Below are positions 41,361 to 51,256 of a stretch of DNA of 64,000 nucleotides, piece after piece. The DNA is from Gammaproteobacteria bacterium. Lineage in GTDB: Bacteria; Pseudomonadota; Gammaproteobacteria; GCA-002705445; GCA-002716945. Each line of letters starts with the position of its first letter. The stretch's first letter is position 1. Position numbers and translations under genes: made by a program. Under the pieces are notes generated by a model. The model was not told the DNA's origin. It searched no databases and saw nothing but the letters and a program-made list of their open reading frames with translations. The stretch is from assembly GCA_045561295.1 (NCBI GenBank), contig JBJKYD010000009.1, positions 164,115 through 228,114 of the forward strand, in the 5' to 3' direction.

Positions 41361-43395
41361 TTATGCTTTTTATCTTCCAACGTTTTTTCAGTTCCCTGAT
41401 CTTTGCTGATGATAATTCAAATTTGAAGTTTTTTATATATGAAATGTTATCCATAATGTCGTTGATGGTTGAAATGCGGTAGTTATCAGGCATGCCTGAC
41501 TGTTTACTGCCCAAATATGTTCCTGTTCCTCGTGTTTTTAAATCATACTCCGCAACATCAAAGCCAGAATGATGTTTTTCTAGATACTCAAGCTTTTCTA
41601 TTGATTCTGATGTAGCTTTTCTAGAATGTACTAAATAACAATACCCATTTACTAAACCTCTGCCTACTCTTCCTCTGAGCTGATGTAACTGAGCTAATCC
41701 AAATAATTCTGCATTTTCTATAACTAAGCAGTTAGCATTGGGGCAATCTATCCCAACCTCTATAACGCTTGTGGATACAAGTATGTCTATCTTTCCTGAT
41801 CTAAAATCATTAATTATTCTAATCTTTTCTTCAGATAATAACTTTCCATGGAGTATTTTTATTTTATAACTTGGGTATATTTTTTTGATAGTGTTTGAAA
41901 ATACATTGACCGACTGTTTGTCAGTGTCTTCAGTATCTTCTATTCTTGTACATACCCAATATACCTGCATACCATCTTTTAGATGCTCTGCAACTTTATC
42001 ATAAATTTTTTTTCTAGAATCATCATCATAAACAGTTGTCTTTATAATTTCTCGGTTTGATGGTTTATCTGAAATAGTAATATAATTCATATTTTCATAT
42101 AGAACTAAGGCCAATGTTCTTGGTATAGGTGTTGCTGACATATAAATAAGATGTGGTTGCTTTTCATATTCTGAGGATATCTTTTCTCTTTGTTTGACAC
42201 CAAATTTATGTTGCTCATCAATAATAACTATAGCCAGGCTTTTAAATTTATAGTTGCCATATAAAAGAGCATGTGTCCCTATCAGGATAGATATTTTCCC
42301 ATCATACAACTCTCTTTTGATACTTTCTTTTTCTGCTTTTGTGGATTTACCGCTAACCATTTCTATCTTCCCATACTTACCAAGGTACTCCGTAAAGGTT
42401 ATAAAATGTTGTGAGCATAAAACTTCTGTTGGAACTAGAACTAGGCACTGATGATTATTTGAAAGGGCTTGATAACAAGCCATTATCGCTACTAGCGTTT
42501 TGCCACATCCAACATCACCTTGTATGAGTACTTTTGATGGCGCCTTATCTCTTATAGATATACTAATCCTGTCAATTGCTGATAATTGCCCATCTGTAAG
42601 TTGGAATGGTAATGATAAGTAGAAGCTATTCATTGATTCTTTATTTATCTTTAGTTCAAAAGAAGGTTTAGAATTATACTTTACGATAGTTTTTAGAAAT
42701 TCGTGTTTATGTAAGTAGATTTCTTCAAAGGCTAACCTTTGTCTGGCAAGTATATATTCATTTATCGCATCAGAATAATTTCCATCGGGAAAGTGTAATT
42801 TCTTGAGAGCTTTTAATAATGACATACTATTAAATTCCTCATTAAAGTAATCATCTAAACAGGTAAATTCATAGTTCTTTGAAAAGGTTGAAAAAGCTTG
42901 TCTTATTAATTTTCTAATTTTTGATTGTGAAACTCTTCCTCTAAGTGAATACTTTGGGATAATATTTGCGAGAGACGAACTATCTTTAAAAACTTCTACT
43001 TCTGGATGTATAAATTCTAATTTTTTGCCTTTCAGTATAGCAGTGCCTGAAACCCTAATACTCATGCCTTTTTGTAAGTTCATGAATACTATAATTTTAT
43101 GAATGAATCTTATATAGAAAATACCAGATACTGATTGAATCGTTAAAATATAATTTGGCTTATACCCTTTGGTTTTTATAGCTTTTATAATTTCTCCTGA
43201 AATTACCACCGAGTCGCCATTATTTACGTCATCAATATTATCTATTTCAGTCTTATCTATTAGATCAATTGGCGGGTAAGATAAAAGATCAAATAATGAT
43301 GTAATACCAATTTCAGATAAAAGAGACTTAGTTTTCTCACCAACCCCTTTCAATGAACCTATACTCTGAGAAACTTCGTCAGAATATTTTCTCAT
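41344..43395 (-). CDS. recG: ATP-dependent DNA helicase RecG
   Basis: QGDVGCGKT, DEQHKFG, SATPIPRTL, QLRGRVGRG motifs. Confidence 0.96.
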   Translation of the reverse strand: MRKYSDEVSQSIGSLKGVGEKTKSLLSEIGITSLFDLLSYPPIDLIDKTEIDNIDDVNNGDSVVISGEIIKAIKTKGYKPNYILTIQSVSGIFYIRFIHKIIVFMNLQKGMSIRVSGTAILKGKKLEFIHPEVEVFKDSSSLANIIPKYSLRGRVSQSKIRKLIRQAFSTFSKNYEFTCLDDYFNEEFNSMSLLKALKKLHFPDGNYSDAINEYILARQRLAFEEIYLHKHEFLKTIVKYNSKPSFELKINKESMNSFYLSLPFQLTDGQLSAIDRISISIRDKAPSKVLIQGDVGCGKTLVAIMACYQALSNNHQCLVLVPTEVLCSQHFITFTEYLGKYGKIEMVSGKSTKAEKESIKRELYDGKISILIGTHALLYGNYKFKSLAIVIIDEQHKFGVKQREKISSEYEKQPHLIYMSATPIPRTLALVLYENMNYITISDKPSNREIIKTTVYDDDSRKKIYDKVAEHLKDGMQVYWVCTRIEDTEDTDKQSVNVFSNTIKKIYPSYKIKILHGKLLSEEKIRIINDFRSGKIDILVSTSVIEVGIDCPNANCLVIENAELFGLAQLHQLRGRVGRGLVNGYCYLVHSRKATSESIEKLEYLEKHHSGFDVAEYDLKTRGTGTYLGSKQSGMPDNYRISTINDIMDNISYIKNFKFELSSAKIRELKKRWKIKSINEIQL

Positions 43396-43398
43396 GTA

Positions 43399-43782
43399 CT
43401 AGTCTTTAAATAATATAGCGTCAATTTCTATATGAACATCTTTAGGAAGTCTACTGACTTCGACTGCTGCTCTGGCAGGGTATGGCTCTGTTAAGTGACG
43501 CTCCATTATAGAATTAACAATTGAGAAGTTTTCTAAGTCTTTTAGATAAACAGTGAATTTAACACAATCATCGAGAGTACAATTTGCTTCCATTGCTATG
43601 TTTTTTAAATTATTAAGGACAACGACTACCTGATCTTCAAATGTTCCTTCAATAATACTCATGTTCTTGTAATCAAGAGGAATCTGCCCAGATATAAATG
43701 TAAATTTATCTACAGTTATTGCTTGAGAGTAAGTGCCTATTGCAGATGGTGCGGTATTGCATGTAATCGCTTTTTTGCTCAT
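43399..43782 (-). CDS. ridA: RidA family enamine deaminase
   Basis: AIGTYSQA, SGQIP, PYPARAAV, EIDA motifs. Confidence 0.92.
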   Translation of the reverse strand: MSKKAITCNTAPSAIGTYSQAITVDKFTFISGQIPLDYKNMSIIEGTFEDQVVVVLNNLKNIAMEANCTLDDCVKFTVYLKDLENFSIVNSIMERHLTEPYPARAAVEVSRLPKDVHIEIDAILFKD

Positions 43783-44135
43783 GGCTTTTTTCTAGTATGT
43801 CCTGCTTCTTTCAGTCTTTCTAAATAATTATGCCAATTTTCTTGATAGTTTTTGCATAAACTATATAAGTGTTCCCAAGAATATAACCCTGTATCATGCC
43901 CATCGTCAAAAACAATTCTTACAGCATAATTGCCAACAGGTTCTAATTTATCAATTACAACATCTTCTTTATTTATTTGTAGTTTCTCTTGTCCTGGTCC
44001 GTGGCCTTTGACTTCAGCAGAAGGAGAGAAGCATCTTAAATATTCTGAAGTAATATCATTACTGAAACCATCTTCAAATGTAATTGACAGTGTATTTGTT
44101 TTTTTAATATATCTTAGTTCTGTTGGTTTTATCAT
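43779..44135 (-). CDS. DUF971 / GBBH-like N-terminal domain protein
   Basis: [36 protein letters not shown]. Confidence 0.9.
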   Translation of the reverse strand: MIKPTELRYIKKTNTLSITFEDGFSNDITSEYLRCFSPSAEVKGHGPGQEKLQINKEDVVIDKLEPVGNYAVRIVFDDGHDTGLYSWEHLYSLCKNYQENWHNYLERLKEAGHTRKKP

Positions 44136-45472
44136 AAAATGTACCTACTCAAATCCTCGTTTTCTGCTAATTCATTTAAGTGCTTATCAACATAGTCTGC
44201 ATCAATTGTGATTTTAGTGTCTTTTATATCACTAGCCTCAAAAGATAACTTTTCAAGCAATCTCTCCATTATAGTATGTAGCCTTCTAGCACCAATGTTT
44301 TCAGTTTTCTCATTAACTGTCCAGGCAATTTTCGATAATCTTGTAATTGCTGATTTATCAAACTTAACATCTATTCCCTCAGTTTTCATCAGAGCAATAT
44401 ATTGTTCGGTTAATGAATAATCTGGTTCTTCTAAAATTAATTCGAAATCATCAACCGATAGCGCACTAAGCTCTACCCTTATAGGCAATCTCCCTTGTAG
44501 TTCAGGAATTAAGTCTGATGGTTTTGATAAATGGAATGCTCCAGATGCAATGAAAAGAATATGATCTGTTTTAACGGGGCCATGCTTGGTGTTAACTGTA
44601 CTTCCTTCAACTAAAGGAAGTAGATCTCTTTGAACTCCCTCTCTTGAGACATCTGCTCCACTTGCATTAGCCCTTGATGAGACCTTATCTATTTCATCAA
44701 TAAAAACAATTCCATTTTGCTCTACTTGCTTGATAGCATCTTGCTTTATGTCATTATCGTTAACTAACTTCTTGGCTTCTTGCTCTGCAACTACTAAAAG
44801 AGCATCCTTTATTTTCATTTTCTGTGTTTTAGTTTTAGTATTTGATAAATTCTTGAACATTCCTTGAAGTTGATCCGTCATTTCTTCCATTCCTGGTGGA
44901 GCCATAACCTCAAATGATGGATTGTTTGCCTGAATACTAATGTCTATTTCCTTATCATCTAATTTCCCTTCTCTTAATTCTTTCCGAAGCGCTTGCCTAG
45001 TCTCTCTACTGTCTGACGATTCAGAAGAGCTTCCAGTCTCAAAGCTGTCAGTAGTTCTTCGTGGCAGCAAATGATCTAATATTATTTCTTCTGCTAACTC
45101 TTCAGATTTACGATAAACTCTAGACATGGCTTTTGACTTTGCTTGGTTTATAGCAATTTCTGTTAAATCTCTTATTATTGAATCAACTTCCTTGCCAACA
45201 TAACCTACTTCAGTAAACTTAGTGGCCTCAACTTTTATAAAAGGCGCGCCAGCTAAATGGGCAAGTCTTCGTGCAATTTCTGTCTTACCTACGCCAGTTG
45301 GTCCTATCATCAATATGTTTTTCGGCGTAATTTCATTACTAATATTGTCAGGAAGCTGTAACCTTCTCCATCTATTTCTTAGTGCGATAGACACTGCCCT
45401 TTTTGCATTAGACTGACCAATGATGTGCTTATCAAGCTCTTCGACAACTTCTCTTGGTGTCATTTCAGACAT
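44132..45472 (-). CDS. hslU: ATP-dependent protease ATPase subunit
   Basis: [28 protein letters not shown] motifs. Confidence 0.97.
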   Translation of the reverse strand: MSEMTPREVVEELDKHIIGQSNAKRAVSIALRNRWRRLQLPDNISNEITPKNILMIGPTGVGKTEIARRLAHLAGAPFIKVEATKFTEVGYVGKEVDSIIRDLTEIAINQAKSKAMSRVYRKSEELAEEIILDHLLPRRTTDSFETGSSSESSDSRETRQALRKELREGKLDDKEIDISIQANNPSFEVMAPPGMEEMTDQLQGMFKNLSNTKTKTQKMKIKDALLVVAEQEAKKLVNDNDIKQDAIKQVEQNGIVFIDEIDKVSSRANASGADVSREGVQRDLLPLVEGSTVNTKHGPVKTDHILFIASGAFHLSKPSDLIPELQGRLPIRVELSALSVDDFELILEEPDYSLTEQYIALMKTEGIDVKFDKSAITRLSKIAWTVNEKTENIGARRLHTIMERLLEKLSFEASDIKDTKITIDADYVDKHLNELAENEDLSRYIL

Positions 45473-46010
45473 TTATTTTCTCTATAGTTAAATTTGAATT
45501 TGTATATATGCATATATCTGATGCAATGCTTAGTGACTTCTTTACTATATCTTCGGCAGACAAATCTGTATTGTCATACAGAGCTTTTGCAGCAGATTGT
45601 GCAAACGAACCGCCTGAACCAATCGCTAGTATTGAGTCTTGAGGTTCTATAACATCGCCGTTTCCAGAAATTAATAATGAAACATCCTTGTCAGCGACTA
45701 TGAGTAACGCCTCCAAATTACGAAGTATTTTATCAGTCCTCCAATCTTTGGCTAGCTCAACTGCAGATCTTGTTAAATGACCGCTGTACTTCTCCAACTT
45801 GCTTTCAAATTTTTCAAATAATGTGAAGGCGTCAGCAGTAGCTCCTGCAAATCCAGCAAGAACTTTATCTTTGTATAGTCTACGTACTTTTTTAGCATTG
45901 TTTTTCATAACAGTATTGCCAAGTGTTACCTGACCATCGCCTCCAACAACTATTTGATTATTTCTTCTAACACCAATGATTGTTGTCCCATGAAATGTCT
46001 CATTTTTCAT
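45465..46010 (-). CDS. hslV: ATP-dependent protease peptidase subunit
   Basis: [25 protein letters not shown] motifs. Confidence 0.97.
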   Translation of the reverse strand: MKNETFHGTTIIGVRRNNQIVVGGDGQVTLGNTVMKNNAKKVRRLYKDKVLAGFAGATADAFTLFEKFESKLEKYSGHLTRSAVELAKDWRTDKILRNLEALLIVADKDVSLLISGNGDVIEPQDSILAIGSGGSFAQSAAKALYDNTDLSAEDIVKKSLSIASDICIYTNSNLTIEKINV

Positions 46011-46014
46011 AACT

Positions 46015-46896
46015 TTATGCCCTCGGGTGGCTATTTTTATATACCTTATTCAAATGTTCAAAATCCATATTTGTATATATTTGTGTTGTACTAATATCCT
46101 CATGACCTAAGAATTCTTGAACAGCTCTTAAATCTCCAGATGCCTCTAACAAGTGAGTTGCACAGCTATGTCTTAATGTATGGGGTGATATCTTACAATT
46201 CAAGCCTTGTTTTTTTACCCAGAAATTAATTCTATTCTGAATAGATCTATTCGACAATCTATCACCATATTTATTGACGAAAAGTGCATCACAACTAACC
46301 CTAGATTCTGCTCTTTTAGCTATCCAAATTTTCAGTGCAAGCAATGCTTGTTCCCCTAACGGTAATATTCTCTCCTTTCTGCCTTTTCCGATTACTTTTA
46401 CGTATTTCGACAGCATATCAATTGAATCAATGTTTAGCTGAGTTAGTTCGCTCAACCTAAGAGCTGAACTATACATGACTTCTATAATAGCCTTGTCCCT
46501 TAAGGCGACCATAGTTGTCTCAGATATATTGCAAAGTGTATCAATGTCACTTATCGATAAAATATTTGGTAATTTTTTAGAAAGTTTGGGTGTTTTTATA
46601 CCAGACATTGGAGTGATACTAATTTGTGAAGTTTTTAAAAGGTAGGAGTAAAATGATCTAAGTGTTGATGCTTTTCTTGCCAAAGAGTTAGCGCTAATTC
46701 CCAGCTTGTGAAGATTCATAAAAAATTGTTCAATATTATCTTTACTAACATCATCAATATTAAAATTATTGTTTTTCAAATATTGTGAAAATTGCTTTAA
46801 GTCAATTTTATAATTTACAAGAGTGTCTTGTGTGTACTGTTTCTCGTATTGTAAATACTTTACAAATTCTGAAATATAAGTTTTTTCACTACTCAA
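46015..46896 (-). CDS. xerC: tyrosine recombinase XerC
   Basis: R-K-HTLRH-LGH-Y catalytic set; dapF-xerC-hslV synteny; probable TTG start at 46896 (track gives 46914). Confidence 0.9.
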   Translation of the reverse strand: MSSEKTYISEFVKYLQYEKQYTQDTLVNYKIDLKQFSQYLKNNNFNIDDVSKDNIEQFFMNLHKLGISANSLARKASTLRSFYSYLLKTSQISITPMSGIKTPKLSKKLPNILSISDIDTLCNISETTMVALRDKAIIEVMYSSALRLSELTQLNIDSIDMLSKYVKVIGKGRKERILPLGEQALLALKIWIAKRAESRVSCDALFVNKYGDRLSNRSIQNRINFWVKKQGLNCKISPHTLRHSCATHLLEASGDLRAVQEFLGHEDISTTQIYTNMDFEHLNKVYKNSHPRA

Positions 46897-47746
46897 GGTT
46901 CCCCTCGCCGTCATATGAACTTGGCCCTATAAGTTGGAACATATCAGGATTATATTTTTTATTTACACATAGAGTACCTCCTTTTTGCTTGATAGAGATA
47001 GTAGAGTTTAAAACTTTAGATTCGTTTTCAAGTTCGTATATTTTAAACATACATATAGCTGCTGCGGTTGCTCCACTTCCACATGAGTCAGTGTATCCGG
47101 CACCTCTCTCATTGACAGTTAAGTCAACTTCAGTTTCAGTATTGTTCAAAAATTCTCTAGCATTTTTTATAAAACCTATGTTCATAGAACTATCATATAT
47201 CTCATCTATAACTTTACAGATTTCTTTTTTATGCTCATCGCAGCCAGCAGAAAACACAACGCAATGAAGGTTTCCGATTGATAAAGGTATGAATGAAAAA
47301 GTTATATTATCTTTGATGCTTTCAATCGTTATGACTAGATCATGCTGTGCAATCAAATAATCCTCATTGTAGCTTTTTTTTGGGATATCTACATATGTTG
47401 GGGATCCCATGTTTACAGATATTTGATCCTTATGTATTTTTACTTCATAACTCACATCACAGACAATTAAGTTTGTCTTTAGTAAATTATATTTTCTGTT
47501 CAAATAAAGCATTACAGCTCTAAGTCCATTGCCACACTGACATGCTTTTGATCCATCTTGATTATAAACTTCACAGGATACATTATCTTTGTCTTCTGGA
47601 TTGATGATAAAAAATTGATCGCACCCTATCTTATCTCTTCTAGAGTAATATATTATGTCATCAACAGTAATACTTGTTTTGGCATGATTGGTATCAATAA
47701 GTATAAAATCGTTACCTTGACTGTTTAGTTTTGTATAAAGCGTCAT
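46889..47746 (-). CDS. dapF: diaminopimelate epimerase
   Basis: GNDF, NQDGS, CGNG, ERGAG, SCGSG motifs. Confidence 0.93.
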   Translation of the reverse strand: MTLYTKLNSQGNDFILIDTNHAKTSITVDDIIYYSRRDKIGCDQFFIINPEDKDNVSCEVYNQDGSKACQCGNGLRAVMLYLNRKYNLLKTNLIVCDVSYEVKIHKDQISVNMGSPTYVDIPKKSYNEDYLIAQHDLVITIESIKDNITFSFIPLSIGNLHCVVFSAGCDEHKKEICKVIDEIYDSSMNIGFIKNAREFLNNTETEVDLTVNERGAGYTDSCGSGATAAAICMFKIYELENESKVLNSTISIKQKGGTLCVNKKYNPDMFQLIGPSSYDGEGNLE

Positions 47747-48396
47747 CTCATAATTATAGTAGCAAAAAAATGTCTATCTGATACAGATTTGATATTGAAT
47801 GTAACTTGACTAAAGTCACTTAGTTGTGATCTAACCTCATCAACTGTATACGCAGCTCTAAGGGAATTCTCAAAATCTTTCAGTAAGATAGGGTCAGAAC
47901 CTCCATATTTTGATAAAGTATTTTCTAATTGTGCATTTGATTCAGGACGCACTAAGTCCATCAAAAATATTTTTCCTCTTGATCCAATCAGTCTGATCAG
48001 ATTTTGCCAAAAAAGATATACATCTGATATATGATGCAAAACACTATTATTAATAACTAAATCAAATACATTTTCTGGGAAGAGTTCATTGTTGATTAGT
48101 TTTTTATATATCTTTATATTTTTTATATTTTGCTTTTCTTTTTTTAAAGTGAATTGTTTGAGCATATTTTCCGAACCATCAATTGCAGTAATCTGGCATT
48201 GAGTTTTTTTAACAAGCATTATTGGTATCTCCCCATCACCACAGCCAACATCTAATATCTTTGTTTCACTATTAATTGAAGCCTGCTGGAGAAGATTACT
48301 TATGAAGATTTGATTTGATTCAGAAAAGTCTGCTTGTGCGTATGAGACAGCTTGTGCCTCACTCTCCATTAGCTCTGGTTCAGGAGTGCGTCTCAC
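47743..48396 (-). CDS. class I SAM-dependent methyltransferase
   Basis: LDVGCGDG, NSVLHH, DLVRP motifs; N-terminal RTPEPELM. Confidence 0.88.
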   Translation of the reverse strand: MRRTPEPELMESEAQAVSYAQADFSESNQIFISNLLQQASINSETKILDVGCGDGEIPIMLVKKTQCQITAIDGSENMLKQFTLKKEKQNIKNIKIYKKLINNELFPENVFDLVINNSVLHHISDVYLFWQNLIRLIGSRGKIFLMDLVRPESNAQLENTLSKYGGSDPILLKDFENSLRAAYTVDEVRSQLSDFSQVTFNIKSVSDRHFFATIIMR

Positions 48397-49628
48397 TTAA
48401 GTTCATTTGTAAGAATCTGATCAAGAGTATCTGCAGACCTTATCTCTCTAATGCTGCCATTTGTTATAATATATTCTGACGGTTTCGGTCTTGTATTATA
48501 ATTTGATGATAAAACAAACCCATAGGCTCCAACATCCTCAATAACCAGAAGATCATAAACCTCTGAGTTCATAGACCTTTCTTTTCCAAGAAAGTCTGCG
48601 CTTTCACAAACAGGGCCAACTATATCATATTTTTTATGGCTCTTATCACGTTTTAAAATTGGTGTAATTTTATGGAATGCATTATAGAGAGGGGGTCTTA
48701 TCAACTCTGACATGCTTGCATCTACTATCATAAAGTTCTTAGTTTCTGACTCTTTGATATATTGAATTTGTGTCACCAATAGACCACAGTCTCCTATTAC
48801 TGATCTTCCTGGTTCAAATAAGATATTCACATTTAAATCTCTCAAGGAATCAGTTATTTCTTTAATATAATCAGCTTTTCTAACAATATCTTCACCTTCA
48901 TAAGATATTCCAAGACCTCCGCCTACATCTATATGTGTAATATTAATATTTTCTTTTTTTAAATCACTAACTAAGCTTCTAATTGATTTGATTGAATCTA
49001 TAAAGGGCTGTATTGAGGTAATCTGTGATCCAATATGAAAATCAATACCTATTATATTTAGTGAACTTAGTTTTGATGCCTTTATATAGAGAGATAATGC
49101 ATTCTTATATGTGACACCAAACTTATTATCTTTCAATCCAGTTGATATATATGGATGTGATTCCACCGCAACATCAGGATTGACTCTGATAGAAATATTT
49201 GCGGTTGTGCCCATAGCAGAAGCTTCATCGTTAATTACAAAGAGCTCGCCTTCAGACTCTACATTGAAGCAAAGAATATTATTTTCTAAAGCATATCTAA
49301 TCTCAGCTCTTGTTTTTCCAACACCTGAATAAACAACTTTTTTAGTATCACAACCAGCTTTAATAACTCTATATAACTCCCCCATAGACACAACATCAAA
49401 GCCCATCCCTTCAGATGCAATTAATTTTAATATTGATAAATTTGAGTTAGCTTTTACAGAGTAGCAGAAAAGCGTCTTGTCATTAGACTGTGAGATATAT
49501 TCTTTAATATTCTGTTTTATAAGATTTTCAGAATATAAGTAAAATGGAGTAGTAATCCCTTTTGATAGTTCTTCTAAATCTAACTGATCAAAAAAGAGTT
49601 TATTTTTTTGGTAGTGTAAAGAATTCAA
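48393..49628 (-). CDS. lysA: diaminopimelate decarboxylase
   Basis: YSVKAN, HIGSQI, EPGR, GPVCESAD, SNYNTRP motifs. Confidence 0.96.
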   Translation of the reverse strand: MNSLHYQKNKLFFDQLDLEELSKGITTPFYLYSENLIKQNIKEYISQSNDKTLFCYSVKANSNLSILKLIASEGMGFDVVSMGELYRVIKAGCDTKKVVYSGVGKTRAEIRYALENNILCFNVESEGELFVINDEASAMGTTANISIRVNPDVAVESHPYISTGLKDNKFGVTYKNALSLYIKASKLSSLNIIGIDFHIGSQITSIQPFIDSIKSIRSLVSDLKKENINITHIDVGGGLGISYEGEDIVRKADYIKEITDSLRDLNVNILFEPGRSVIGDCGLLVTQIQYIKESETKNFMIVDASMSELIRPPLYNAFHKITPILKRDKSHKKYDIVGPVCESADFLGKERSMNSEVYDLLVIEDVGAYGFVLSSNYNTRPKPSEYIITNGSIREIRSADTLDQILTNELK

Positions 49629-49629
49629 A

Positions 49630-49758
49630 TTATTTATTTATTAAAACTATGTTAGATGCTGGGATCAAAGGTCCTTTGTTACCACAATTAGATAAAACCA
49701 GTGAAAATGAAATCATTATAAGAACTAAAATATATTTGTGTAATATAGATGTATACAT
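49630..49758 (-). CDS. lptM: small lipoprotein, LptM/YifL/LppL family (42 aa)
   Basis: Manual ORF MYTSILHKYILVLIMISFSLVLSN-CGNKGPLIP...; lipobox followed by CGxKGPL; immediately upstream of lysA. Confidence 0.8.
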   Translation of the reverse strand: MYTSILHKYILVLIMISFSLVLSNCGNKGPLIPASNIVLINK

Positions 49759-49809
49759 TCTGATATTATAATCTAAATTACAAACACATATCATGAAGAT
49801 TTTAAAAAA

Positions 49810-50430
49810 ATGAATAAAGATATAATCACGATAGGTGATAAAGAGTCCGCTTCCATCAACCTAATCTGGTTTCATGGTTATGGGGCAAATAATTGGGGAT
49901 TTGAACCGTTTATAAAATTACTAAATTTAAATTTAGATGGGAAGCTTCATGTAATAATGCCTAATGCGCCACTGGATAATGGAAAAAGGTCATGGTATCC
50001 GTTGCCTAAAGAAGATAATGGTATAGTTGTTGAGGATGACGAAGGAATAAAAAAATCTAAAGAACATATAACATTAGCCCTTGCTACTTACATAGATTCA
50101 AATAAAAAAACATATCTTGGAGGTTTTTCACAAGGAGCAGCGCTAGCGCTATCAATGGGTATAAATGCGGATATAAATTGTGATGCTATTGTTGCTATAT
50201 CAGGATATGTTCCGTCTTCATCAAGCTTAGAGATAAAAAATAAAGATGCTGATATATACGTAGCTCATGGCAGTAAAGATACAACTATATCTATAGAGAC
50301 TCATCATAAATCTATGGCATTCTTAAAAGAAAAAGGCTTGAATCCACATGAGTTCATAGATGGTTGTGGTCACACAATCAGTAAAGAAATGATTAGTAAT
50401 TTAACAGACTGGTTTTTCAAGAGAGTTTAA
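49810..50430 (+). CDS. carboxylesterase / phospholipase (alpha/beta hydrolase)
   Basis: WFHGYGA, PNAP, GFSQG, HGSKD, GHTI motifs. Confidence 0.88.
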   Translation: MNKDIITIGDKESASINLIWFHGYGANNWGFEPFIKLLNLNLDGKLHVIMPNAPLDNGKRSWYPLPKEDNGIVVEDDEGIKKSKEHITLALATYIDSNKKTYLGGFSQGAALALSMGINADINCDAIVAISGYVPSSSSLEIKNKDADIYVAHGSKDTTISIETHHKSMAFLKEKGLNPHEFIDGCGHTISKEMISNLTDWFFKRV

Positions 50431-50458
50431 AAGGGCAGGCCTTACTACCCTTTTAAAC
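50425..50458. terminator. bidirectional terminator-like hairpin
   Basis: GTTTAAAAGGG-N12-CCCTTTTAAAC between convergent genes. Confidence 0.75.
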
Positions 50459-50464
50459 AATAGA

Positions 50465-50821
50465 TTAATCGCGATGTCTTTGTGCTGCAGCTATTGCAGT
50501 CTCGCTTCCGTATTTTTCATTAATTTTATCTAAGTGTTCAAAATGGTCAGCTCTTCTGTGAGTAAGACACATTCCTTTTTTATCAACACCCCATAGAGCA
50601 TAAGCGATAAAATTTTTAAGATGATCAGGTGTTTGATCCATATGTGGTATTCCAAAACGTATCAAAAGATTGTTCCTGTCAGCTCCACTATCTTTCTGTT
50701 CTTTTATTATTCTAAGTACTTCTACTTGAAGATCCTTCACATCATCGCCATTCCATGAACCTACCTTGGTCCCATCAGGCAATATAATGTCATCTCCTTG
50801 TGGTACTGGATGATCTGGCAT
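50465..50821 (-). CDS. hypothetical protein (118 aa)
   Basis: Clean ORF with AGGAGA RBS, upstream TATAAT and downstream hairpin; family not recognised. Confidence 0.8.
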   Translation of the reverse strand: MPDHPVPQGDDIILPDGTKVGSWNGDDVKDLQVEVLRIIKEQKDSGADRNNLLIRFGIPHMDQTPDHLKNFIAYALWGVDKKGMCLTHRRADHFEHLDKINEKYGSETAIAAAQRHRD

Positions 50822-50890
50822 ATTCGTTTCTCCTATTAATTAAAATAACCCAATGATTATATTACAGAATTAGGTACTCTGTAACAAGAG

Positions 50891-51256
50891 TTATCGGCAA
50901 GGAAAAGCCTCAATGAACCCGTTTCTAAGGGCAAGGCCAACCAGGGGCTCATTTTCATACTCTTCAAAGAACCCTGGTTTGGAGCTTATAGTTTTATTAA
51001 TGATTTTCCGGAGTTCAGACGCAGGAAGCTCTATGTTTCCTGGCTTACAATAAAGCTCTATCTCATGTTTTCGATAATAATATTCCGATGCCCATTCAAG
51101 GCCGCTCTCAAGGCCATAGATGTATGAATCATATAGTCCAGAATCATCACTCATGTATTCTTTAATAGTTGGCGTTTTAATATCAGAATGTGAAACATGA
51201 GAGAAAGCTAACAAAAATATTATAAATATACTGGTTCTTATTTTATTTATAGCCAT
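50891..51256 (-). CDS. secreted protein, Rap1a/Tai-like
   Basis: Signal peptide from ATG at 51256; YIYG, YCKP and C-terminal AL..GF.EAFPC pattern with two Cys. Confidence 0.6.
   Translation of the reverse strand: MAINKIRTSIFIIFLLAFSHVSHSDIKTPTIKEYMSDDSGLYDSYIYGLESGLEWASEYYYRKHEIELYCKPGNIELPASELRKIINKTISSKPGFFEEYENEPLVGLALRNGFIEAFPCR

Noticed and set aside
46015-46896. Tyrosine recombinase as the integrase of a mobile element
   Set aside because: dapF-xerC-hslVU context identifies it as housekeeping XerC; no att sites or cargo genes.
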